Positions 38,401 through 45,128 of a stretch of 64,000 bases of DNA are shown in pieces. The notes beneath the pieces were generated by a model. That model was not told the origin of the DNA and ran no database searches. It saw only the letters and a list, made by a program, of their open reading frames with translations. How positions within the stretch are numbered: the stretch's first letter is position 1; every line of letters starts with the position of its first letter. The DNA lies in the NCBI GenBank assembly GCA_965277895.1, contig CBDIDR010000001.1, positions 1,121,560-1,185,559 on the forward strand, written 5' to 3'. The DNA comes from Flavobacteriales bacterium (GTDB lineage Bacteria > Bacteroidota > Bacteroidia > Flavobacteriales > UBA7312). Both the position numbers and the translations under genes were made by a program.

Positions 38401-40059
38401 ACAGATTCAGCAACATTTGTATTAATCAATTCAGTTGGATGTGATAGTACAGTAACACTTGACCTTACGATTAACTACTCTGATAGTACATTTAGTAACA
38501 TTACAGTTTGTGATGCATTTGTATGGGATAGTATAACTTATACAGAAAGTGGTATTTATACCAATAGTTACATCAATAGCTTTGGTTGTGATAGCACTCA
38601 TACACTTGTTCTAACAGTAGATGAGACCACATATGGAGTAGATGAAATTATTGAGTGTGATGAGTTTACTTGGATTGATGGTCTGACTTATACAGAAAGT
38701 ACTGATTCAGCAATGTTTACTTTAACAAATGCTGAGGGGTGTGATAGTATAATTACATTAAACTTAACAATTCTTGAAAGTTCATCTTCATTATCTGTGG
38801 TTTCTGAATGTTATAGTTATTCATGGAATGATTCAACTTACACCCAAAGTGGAACATATATTTTTGAAACTACAGGACAAAATGGATGTGATAGTTTAGC
38901 CACACTTGAATTAACAATCAATAATAGTACAAGTGGGGTAGATGTTCAAGAGTCTTGTGATGAGTTTACTTGGATTGACGGTATAACCTATACGGAAAGT
39001 ACTGATTCAGCAACATTTGTATTAATCAATTCAGTTGGATGTGATAGTACAGTAACACTTGACCTTACGATTAATTACTCTGATTCTACTTTCGAATCAT
39101 TTACTGCCTGTGATTCTTATTCATGGAATGGAATTAATTGTATCGCTAGTGGTATGTATTACTATACCACTTCAAATTCACTTGGTTGTGATTCAACAGT
39201 AACATTAGATCTTACTATTATTAATAGTTCATCATCCATTGCAGACGTAATTGCTTGTGACAGTTATTTTTGGAATAATGAGCTATATACAGAAAGTGGT
39301 ACCTACACTGTAAATACATTCAATGTTGAAGGCTGTGATTCTACTGCTACTTTAAACTTAACTATTAATGGCCCTAGTACATCAACAGATTATGTAAGCA
39401 CCTGTGAAGCTTATCAGTGGAATGGTGAAGTATACTTTGAAAGTGGTACATACACCTATAATTCTATAGACATCTTTGGTTGTGATTCTATTGCAACATT
39501 AGAGCTTGAAGTATGTACACTTGAAGAACTAATAATTGATGGATTTAATAGTGTTGATACAGAATCTTCGGTTACATATTCTGTTCAAGAAAATTTAGGT
39601 TCATCCTATTTTTGGACTATTTCTAACTTAGGATTTATTTCTTCAGGTCAGTTTACTAATGAGATTATTGTAGATTGGTCAATTATCGAAGGTAACTCAA
39701 CTATTTGTGTAACTGAATCTAGAGATTGTTTCGGTCTGGACTGTGAAGGTGATACATATTGTACAAATATTGAAGTTAAAGATGTTGTTGGAATTGAAGA
39801 TATTTCTAGTGATTTTATCGAAATATACCCTAATCCTACTAGAGGAATATTTAACGTTTCAATACAACTTAACAATTTACAAAATGTGAGTTTAGAATTA
39901 GTAAACTCATTGGGTGAATTATTTTCTGACAAGAATTTAGGTGAATCAAAAGGTGAGCTTAACGAGTCATTTGATTTATCAAATCAGCCATCAGGTATAT
40001 ACTTATTAAGAATATCATTAGATGATAAGGTGATTACTAGAAAAGTAACATTGAATTAA
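32479..40059 (+). CDS. Giant (2526 aa) T9SS surface protein made almost entirely of 46 GCDS repeats, plus an Ig/PKD-like domain and type A CTD
   Basis: Signal SFS|Q; one GCTD motif; 46 modules counted; GSSYFWTIS..GQFTNEIIVDW; IYPNPT...SGIYLLRI...RKVTLN. Confidence 0.9.
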   Translation: MKHFTKYIFLLFLFFNATVSFSQGPSISEVISGCTDSEACNYNPEANTDDGSCVEQSMFTLTVETCEEEFLWYDTIRTTSGTYVIPANDTLSCDSILELTLLQNYSTTSDTTVCDEFVWEEDTITSSGLHTKSFTAENGCDSTHTFNVTVNTSTYTFSEETACGSYFWPTDQQEYFQSGTYQFEYTNSNECPSLVELDLTINETYYIIDTIVEVCDSYTWRGETYFQTGTFAKEFQSQNNCDSIIILDLTIYNSDTTESDITVCDEFVLQGNTYTTSGVYFTAGLENINGCDSTHFYNVTINSTEYETDFKQICSDSYTWINGVTYFDNNNTDQVILTNGASGTCDLIVTLDLIFLEPSSSVQTVDTCNSYQWIDGITYTESTDSAIFITENSVGCDSVITLNLTIYNSDTTSSNITSCNEYTWEDSTYTESGSYTKTLLNQNSCDSIHTLNLIINYSDSTFSDITVCDEFVWQGDTYTESDTVTKTLTNSNGCDSVHTYFLTIIESSFGTDIQESCDAFTWIDGISYTESTNSPTFILENSVGCDSVVTLDLTINYSDSTFSDTTVCNAFVWDDSTYTASGLYTNEYINANGCDSTHTFNLIVNYSDTIFVDSTVCDVFVWLGDTYTESDTITKTLENSNDCDSVVTIDLTIVNSSLTTFIDSTVCNELFWEDSTYTESGTITRTFTNSVGCDSVVTLNLTVYEDNFSISTAQVCDSYFWNDSIYTESGIYTFEATGQFGCDSVATLELTILEKSYSTDTRFECDTLIWLDGNTYTASNNTATYTIEDGNSNGCDSIITLDLTIHEVDSISSDTTVCDEFIWEGVTYTESDTITRTLVASNGCDSIHTIILTVNETTFGIDIQEHCEEYEWIDGNTYDESNNTATFTLTNSLGCDSIVTLDLTILESSSSFTSASACDSYLWNDSLYTESGLKTFITTNVAGCDSIARVFLTINESTSGIDTQIHCDEYTWIDGITYTESTNSVTDTLLNALGCDSVVTLDLTINYSDSTFSDTTVCDVFVWGDSTYTESGLYTHEFENVNECDSTHTINLIVNYSDSTFSDTTVCDVFVWDGDTLTVSNSYTKLYTNSNGCDSTHTVNLTVNESTFGTDVQVHCDEYIWIDGITYTESTDLATFVLTNSVGCDSVVTLDLTIYYSDSTFSDTTVCNVFVWGDSTYTESGVYTQDFENVNDCDSTHTVNLIVNYSDSTFSDTTVCDVFVWDGDTLTVSNSYSKLYTNSNGCDSTHTYNLTVNESTSGTDIQVHCDDFTWIDGITYTESTDLATFVLTNSVGCDSVVTLDLTIYNSDSTFSDTTVCDVFVWGDSTYTESGVYTQDFENVNDCDSTHTVNLIVNYSDSTFSDTTVCDVFVWDGDTLTVSNSYTKLYSNTNGCDSTHTYNLTVNESTSGTDIQESCDEFTWIDGITYTESTDSATFVLINSVGCDSTVTLDLTINYSDSTFSDTTICDDVFVWDDSTYIVSGQYANEYVNSFGCDSIHTVNLTINYSDSTFSDTTVCDVFVWDGDTFTVSNSYTKLYTNSNGCDSTHTYNLTVNESTSGTDIQESCDEFTWIDGVIYTESTDSATFVLINSVGCDSTVTLDLTINYSDSTFSDTTVCDAFVWDDSTYTTSGLYTNEYTNANGCDSSHTVNLIVNYSDSTFSDTTVCNVFVWGDSTYTQSGVYTHEFENVNECDSTHTINLLVNYSDSTFSDTTVCDVFVWDGDTLTVSNSYTKLYSNANGCDSTHTYNLTVNESTFGTDVQESCDEFTWIDGITYTESIDSATFVLINSVGCDSTVTLDLTINYSDSTFSDTTVCDAFVWDDSTYTTSGLYTNEYTNANGCDSSHTVNLIVNYSDSTFSDTTACNVFVWGDSTYTQSGVYTHEFENVNECDSTHTINLLVNYSDSTFSDTTVCDVFVWDGDTLTVSNSYTKLYSNANGCDSTHTYNLTVNESTFGTDVQESCDEFTWIDGITYTESTDSATFVLINSVGCDSTVTLDLTINYSDSTFSNITVCDAFVWDSITYTESGIYTNSYINSFGCDSTHTLVLTVDETTYGVDEIIECDEFTWIDGLTYTESTDSAMFTLTNAEGCDSIITLNLTILESSSSLSVVSECYSYSWNDSTYTQSGTYIFETTGQNGCDSLATLELTINNSTSGVDVQESCDEFTWIDGITYTESTDSATFVLINSVGCDSTVTLDLTINYSDSTFESFTACDSYSWNGINCIASGMYYYTTSNSLGCDSTVTLDLTIINSSSSIADVIACDSYFWNNELYTESGTYTVNTFNVEGCDSTATLNLTINGPSTSTDYVSTCEAYQWNGEVYFESGTYTYNSIDIFGCDSIATLELEVCTLEELIIDGFNSVDTESSVTYSVQENLGSSYFWTISNLGFISSGQFTNEIIVDWSIIEGNSTICVTESRDCFGLDCEGDTYCTNIEVKDVVGIEDISSDFIEIYPNPTRGIFNVSIQLNNLQNVSLELVNSLGELFSDKNLGESKGELNESFDLSNQPSGIYLLRISLDDKVITRKVTLN
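35820..36700 (+). repeat. Imperfect duplication with 447-bp period
   Basis: Anchor gattgacggcattacatataccgagagtacagacttagc at 35841 and 36288; boundaries approximate. Confidence 0.8.
37207..38465 (+). repeat. Near-perfect tandem repeat, about 2.1 x 594 bp (198 aa, four modules)
   Basis: Anchors at 37207/37801/38395 and 37741/38335; only isolated substitutions seen (T>I, V>A). Confidence 0.88.
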
Positions 40060-40081
40060 CGCTTAATACTCTTAAGCTTCT

Positions 40082-40115
40082 AAAAAAACTACTCTCAAAT
40101 GAGAGTAGTTTTTTT
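40082..40115 (+). terminator. Intrinsic terminator (possibly bidirectional) after the 2526-aa gene
   Basis: aaaaaaactactctc-aaat-gagagtagttttttt perfect hairpin. Confidence 0.88.
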
Positions 40116-40384
40116 ATTTGTTATACATTCTATATTCTACAATCAAGTTTCCATTAAGCACCTAAATAATTATCTATATCAAAAAAAATACGGAGTATAT
40201 GAAGTTCTTAATTTTAAACCTCATTGGTTTAATGATTGAAGAGTAGTCAAATCCAATATAAATTCAAACATATACTTATAAGTTATAGTTCAGTTGAAAT
40301 AAAGTAATAATTATATGCTGTTTTTGAACATAACTATATTCTAACTAAATTATATTATGAATTTAAAGTATTTAATCAGTATAT

Positions 40385-40419
40385 AAAAAAAGAGCTTAAA
40401 CAGTGTTTAAACTCTTTTT
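40385..40419 (-). terminator. Intrinsic terminator for the OmpA-family gene
   Basis: aaaaaaagagcttaaac-agt-gtttaaactcttttt; the mismatch is a G-U pair on -. Confidence 0.7.
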
Positions 40420-40440
40420 AGTTTGATTTTATTAATAGTC

Positions 40441-41463
40441 TTACGGAGTAACTATTTTGAATACTGTAGAACGTGCAGCAGCTCTTTCTAATATAGTATT
40501 GGCATTTTGAGATTGACTTTCACCAATTGAAATACTAATCAATTGATTTGGATTTACACCTTTACTTACTAAAAACTTTTTAGCATTATCAGCTCTACGC
40601 TGACCCAAATCAAGGTTATATTCCTCTGAACCAATTTTATCAGCTCTTCCAGTTATTTTAAGCTTATAATTAGTGTTCGACTTTAAAAAGCCAACAAAAT
40701 TCATAAGTTTAGCTTTTTCTGAATTAGATAATTCTGCACTATTGTATTTATTACTTAACTTATTGTCATCACAAAGTTTATTGTAATCAACTTTAGGTTT
40801 TGTTTCTGTTTTCGGTTTTACTTTCTCAACAACTTTAGGTGTTGTAGGTTTTGGAGTAACTTTCTTTGTTGGTTCACTAACTTTGACCGTTGTAGAAGTA
40901 AAATTCTTTGATGAAGGTACTTTTGGCTTCTCTACATTTTTATTTACTATAACAGAGCTTGCTTGTTTGTTCACTTCAATTACCTCTGTTTCCTTAGCTT
41001 TTTTCTTCTTTTTACCAAATAGTTCATAATTAACTGTAAGTGTTGGGCCATGTGTGATTGAATAACCAGCAGTAAAAGTAAAAGGATTACTTACAGGGTG
41101 GAACGCTACAGCTACTTCTTTTCTAAAACTTTCTGTTGAAAATAATGATGCATTAGTTAATCCAGTTGCAGCTTGTAAGGAAAAGTTATCGTTCAATCTA
41201 TATGTTAAACCTAACAAATCAACATAATCACCATTTCCATTGTCTATGTACTCAAAAGTATAATAAAGTCCAAATCTATCTAAAATTAAATCTCTACTAG
41301 CAAGTTGGAATCTGTAAAAGTTAAAATTTTCTTCAGTGAAGAATAAACCTATACCAACACCTGCTTCAAGTTTTTTATCTTTTGAAATAAAAGGCTTCTT
41401 CGATTGAGAAAAAGATGCACTTGAAAAGAATAATATAATTAGAAGTGTTAAGATGTGTTTCAT
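40441..41463 (-). CDS. OmpA family outer-membrane protein (barrel-like N-domain, Lys/Pro linker, peptidoglycan-binding domain)
   Basis: Start moved to ATG 41463 because TATATTTG at 41488-41495 overlaps the listed TTG start; GRADKIGSEEYNLDLGQRRA, ISIGE. Confidence 0.85.
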   Translation of the reverse strand: MKHILTLLIILFFSSASFSQSKKPFISKDKKLEAGVGIGLFFTEENFNFYRFQLASRDLILDRFGLYYTFEYIDNGNGDYVDLLGLTYRLNDNFSLQAATGLTNASLFSTESFRKEVAVAFHPVSNPFTFTAGYSITHGPTLTVNYELFGKKKKKAKETEVIEVNKQASSVIVNKNVEKPKVPSSKNFTSTTVKVSEPTKKVTPKPTTPKVVEKVKPKTETKPKVDYNKLCDDNKLSNKYNSAELSNSEKAKLMNFVGFLKSNTNYKLKITGRADKIGSEEYNLDLGQRRADNAKKFLVSKGVNPNQLISISIGESQSQNANTILERAAARSTVFKIVTP

Positions 41464-41513
41464 TTTATGAAATTTGTTAAAGCGTTGCAAATATATAAAA
41501 AGCTAACCACTAA

Positions 41514-41927
41514 TTATTTAGAGTATTGTTTATTTTTAAATAGATAATCTAGAGAGAATTTGCCTCCATCGCTTACTAGCATTGAAAGGTAAACAACAAC
41601 ATAAAGTAAAGCTTTTTCTTGCTTGTGAATACCATCGCCATAGTGCGTTATGAATGCTGCTACAAGCATAGTAATAATAAGAGGTATAGTCGCCAGTCTT
41701 GTTTTGTAGCCTATAGCAATAAAAATTGAGCAAAATACTTCAGAAAATACCACCAGTATTAATGAAATAGTAGGACCTAGACCAATTGGATTTGCAAATT
41801 TAATTTCACCACCAGCCATTAACTTACTAAGTTTTGGTAAGCCATGTGTTAGCATCAAAGCTGCTATTGATAAACGAACAATTAATAGTATTATATCTGA
41901 AAAATACGGTTGTTTTGTAATATTCAT
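41514..41927 (-). CDS. DoxX family protein
   Basis: LIVRL...MLTHGLPKL, FSEVFCS, KTRLA, FITH, GKFSLD. Confidence 0.88.
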   Translation of the reverse strand: MNITKQPYFSDIILLIVRLSIAALMLTHGLPKLSKLMAGGEIKFANPIGLGPTISLILVVFSEVFCSIFIAIGYKTRLATIPLIITMLVAAFITHYGDGIHKQEKALLYVVVYLSMLVSDGGKFSLDYLFKNKQYSK

Positions 41928-41931
41928 TGGT

Positions 41932-43266
41932 TTAATTTAAAATTAGTTTATGATGTTTTTCTGTATGTGCTGTCTTAATGACCACATGGTATAAACCAGA
42001 AGCATATGACGAAAAATCATATGTTTTTTTATAAGTATTAACTTGAGTGTCTGAAAAAGAATGAATCATTTTTCCAATGGGGTTATAAACTTCTACTGAA
42101 ATGTTTTGGGTGGTGGTAGAGTTTATATAAATTTCGAAAATATCATTGCTAGGGTTGGGGTATATAGAACTTTCAAAGTCTTTGTCAAATTCATTTATAC
42201 TAGCAGTGCTAAACTGAAAGGGAGTTGATAATTCTTCACAGCCTAAATCGTTACTTAACATTACGGTGTAGATACCAGTTGATTCTGGAAAGTAATATTG
42301 AGCGTTAGCACCTTGTATAATTTCATCGTTTAAAAGCCATTGATAATCATAACCAGACAAATCACAAAGTAACACTTGACCTTCAATAAAAATCTCTGGA
42401 GTAGGAAAAGATACATTGATATTAAAAGTATCTGCTGCCTCACAACCTTCATTATCATTAAAATATGCCATTATTTCTTCTGATGTATTTGCTTCATATA
42501 TCATTGGACTACCAGTGTATATTAAACTACCATTAGAGTTATACCATTCAACATTATTTGTATTCATGGGTTTAAATCTAATAGTTTGATTTTCGGCACT
42601 CCAAAGAGAAGAATTTCGATCTTCTACAGCTAAAGCAAATGTGCCGTATTGATTTTGAATTCCTTGAAGAGAGTTAGTGCATTCCGCTTTGTTAACTATT
42701 CTTATATCAATCCAGTTTGTAAAATTATGTAATGCAATTTGGAACGTACCAGCATATCCATCTTCCACTCCACAATTGTATGAGCTTACATCTTTGAATT
42801 CAATTACCATTTTATTATTCAAACTAGAGTATGAAACCTGACCTCCAGCATTAGGGTTCCAGTCTTCCCAAGCAGCAAATACACCTGCAAATGGACCACT
42901 CAAATTGGGGATTTCGTTTGAATTGTACCCATTTCCTGGTTCAATAAAGCTAATAAATCCGTTTGAAGAAATCCAGAATTGATGGTATACTTGATTATAG
43001 AAAGCAAATGGAAATCCAATATTGAAAGGTCCAAGAACTTCATCGTCACCAATTTCTTGGTTAACAGATTTTAATAAGGTGTCGTATTCTAACCCTAGAA
43101 TTTCAACAGAATAAGTATTCAGAAGCTCAATAGTTTCCTCATTTTCTATAATTGAGGCAATAGCCATTTGGTTTTGACAAATAGCAATATCATTAACCTC
43201 AATTTCGCATTGACAAAAAACATTTAATGAAAATACTAGCAAAGATAATGTTAATGAATATTTCAT
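41932..43266 (-). CDS. T9SS-secreted protein with a nidogen-like N-terminal domain and type A CTD
   Basis: Signal VFC|Q; GDDEVLGPFNIGFPFAFY...ISSNGFISF, WEDWNP; IYPNPS...HKLILN. Confidence 0.8.
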   Translation of the reverse strand: MKYSLTLSLLVFSLNVFCQCEIEVNDIAICQNQMAIASIIENEETIELLNTYSVEILGLEYDTLLKSVNQEIGDDEVLGPFNIGFPFAFYNQVYHQFWISSNGFISFIEPGNGYNSNEIPNLSGPFAGVFAAWEDWNPNAGGQVSYSSLNNKMVIEFKDVSSYNCGVEDGYAGTFQIALHNFTNWIDIRIVNKAECTNSLQGIQNQYGTFALAVEDRNSSLWSAENQTIRFKPMNTNNVEWYNSNGSLIYTGSPMIYEANTSEEIMAYFNDNEGCEAADTFNINVSFPTPEIFIEGQVLLCDLSGYDYQWLLNDEIIQGANAQYYFPESTGIYTVMLSNDLGCEELSTPFQFSTASINEFDKDFESSIYPNPSNDIFEIYINSTTTQNISVEVYNPIGKMIHSFSDTQVNTYKKTYDFSSYASGLYHVVIKTAHTEKHHKLILN

Positions 43267-43307
43267 TTGTTAATGGTTAGGTATTCTAAATTAGAAAAAA
43301 GATGGGT

Positions 43308-44591
43308 TTAATCAAAATATGACTCCAAAAATTTAGTGTCGAACCTTGAGTATTTTAGATTATTATGTAAGTCAGTAAACCTTTTTTTAATCGTATTCTT
43401 ATCTTTAGTTTTAGAGTTATGGTAATCATATACCAGACAAATCATTTTTATAATGTCTTCGTAGCTATATCTGATTTCATCAAAATCAAATTTTCTGTAA
43501 TATTGTTTTGAGGCCTTATTTTTATGTATTGACTTTAAGTAAATTGCACTCATTAAATAATAAATGTGTAGATAAAATAATTGATATTCATTTAAAATTT
43601 GATGTTCTCCTTCAAAATACTCATAGATGATTTTCATCAATTTTTTATTATTAGTGACAAGAGAAGTTACCATTAACTCAAAGAAATAATCAATTGGTAT
43701 TTTATTCTTTTTAGTATTTGACTCAATATAGTGTTGTAAAAGTTCATCAATTGAATCGTAATTGTTAGCGAGTACTTTTACAGATAAAATTCTACTTTTG
43801 AGAATAGGATGTATTTTGTTATCAAATGCTAAATTTTTGAAAGAGTCATTTACTGGTTTGCGATTTAAATAGTTTTTAAACTCTAAAACTGCATTTGAGA
43901 ATATAAGTACGTCCTCAGGTATTGGACATTTCTTCACAGTTTTAATCCAATTTCCGTAATAATTATTAAGGTTAGAATAATCGACAAAAATGGAATAAAC
44001 TATTTTATTAAAATTTTGATTTTTGAATATATTATTATCTATAATTTTTTTCTTTCTGAAAATAATTCCAATGGAGTTTCCTAAGTCTAGAACTTCATTA
44101 TACGAAAAGCTATCGAAACGCATTTCCTTAAGGTTAAATAGCTCATCTAAATATTGATAGTAGTTGTTATAAATTAATTCTCTAGAAAAGAAAATAATGA
44201 GGTCAATAAAATCTTCAGAGAAGTTTCTGATTTCATAAATAATGGTTGACAAATCTTTTTCATTAGGATTACTTATGAACTTATATATTTTATTTCTGTA
44301 CTTGAGTCGCTCTCTAAACGAATAGGTTTTTATGAAATGAGCGAAATTATTGTAACCATTAAATTTTGAGAGTATATCTAGAGATTTGGTTCTTGTCTTA
44401 ACATTTGGGATAATATCGTAAAGTCGTCGTAATGTATTGTAGTTAATTGACTCATCTATAGTTTCAAGAATAATATCAGATAACAATATACAATCACCAA
44501 GATTATTAATTTTGAATTTGAGTTTATTCTCTGTAGTTTTTTTTAATTCATCAATGAAGTAATTTTCGGTATGTTGAGATTTTTTAGACAT
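43308..44591 (-). CDS. Hypothetical cytoplasmic protein with a possible N-terminal HTH-like domain
   Basis: LSDIILETIDESINYNTLRRLY...SLDILSKFNGY; no signal peptide; very AT-rich. Confidence 0.65.
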   Translation of the reverse strand: MSKKSQHTENYFIDELKKTTENKLKFKINNLGDCILLSDIILETIDESINYNTLRRLYDIIPNVKTRTKSLDILSKFNGYNNFAHFIKTYSFRERLKYRNKIYKFISNPNEKDLSTIIYEIRNFSEDFIDLIIFFSRELIYNNYYQYLDELFNLKEMRFDSFSYNEVLDLGNSIGIIFRKKKIIDNNIFKNQNFNKIVYSIFVDYSNLNNYYGNWIKTVKKCPIPEDVLIFSNAVLEFKNYLNRKPVNDSFKNLAFDNKIHPILKSRILSVKVLANNYDSIDELLQHYIESNTKKNKIPIDYFFELMVTSLVTNNKKLMKIIYEYFEGEHQILNEYQLFYLHIYYLMSAIYLKSIHKNKASKQYYRKFDFDEIRYSYEDIIKMICLVYDYHNSKTKDKNTIKKRFTDLHNNLKYSRFDTKFLESYFD

Positions 44592-44600
44592 ATCAATTTA

Positions 44601-45066
44601 TTATTTTAATAGTTGTTTGAGTTTATCAAAGTTTTGCTTGTTAACTCCTGATATGTCAATTCTATATTTGATTTTTTTGTTTTTAGATTTAGTAATTACA
44701 ACAAAGTGTTTTTTGAGAGCTAATAAACTTGATATTTCATAACTTTCAACTATTTGTGTTTTTTTAATTGTAATTTCAGTATTGTAACTGCTAGTCAATT
44801 TTCTCCAAATTATATTTTCGGATTTTATTATAATTATTTCTCCAGAAACATTCACTGATATGTGTTTTGGAGAAAACACTAAAACTATTAGCATAACTGC
44901 TAAGAGTATAAATACAAATGGGAAATATTCTCCAATTGCCTTAGATAAATTTCCATCTGTAAAAGCCGCAGTAATCAGGTTAAGATTAATTACAAGAAAT
45001 AGAATATAAAATAGTGATGAAAAAAAAAAGCACTCTATTTCTAGAAGTTAGGTTGAACTTGTTCAC
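44601..45066 (-). pseudogene. Membrane protein gene frameshifted in a 10-T run (about 154 aa if the run is 9 T)
   Basis: GTG 45066 starts MNKFNLTSRNRVLFF; removing one base from A10 (45020-45029) joins it to the 44601-44894 ORF; TAGGTTTG at 45093-45100 on -. Confidence 0.65.
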
Positions 45067-45128
45067 TTGTTAATTCAATTTAGACGAAAGGACAAACCTA
45101 CAAAAATAAGTACATATTTAATACATTA

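Noticed and set aside
25227-38465. Diversity-generating retroelement TR/VR pair among the near-identical duplicates
   Set aside because: No reverse transcriptase in the window, both copies are coding, and the differences I saw are not adenine-specific
21975-39510. CRISPR-like periodicity
   Set aside because: The repeats are in-frame protein modules of about 150 bp, with no constant short repeat plus unique spacer structure and no cas genes
14413-41927. Three DoxX genes as a dedicated disulfide system for the Cys-rich cargo
   Set aside because: They are dissimilar, common and not linked to Dsb-like genes; no sequence support for the link
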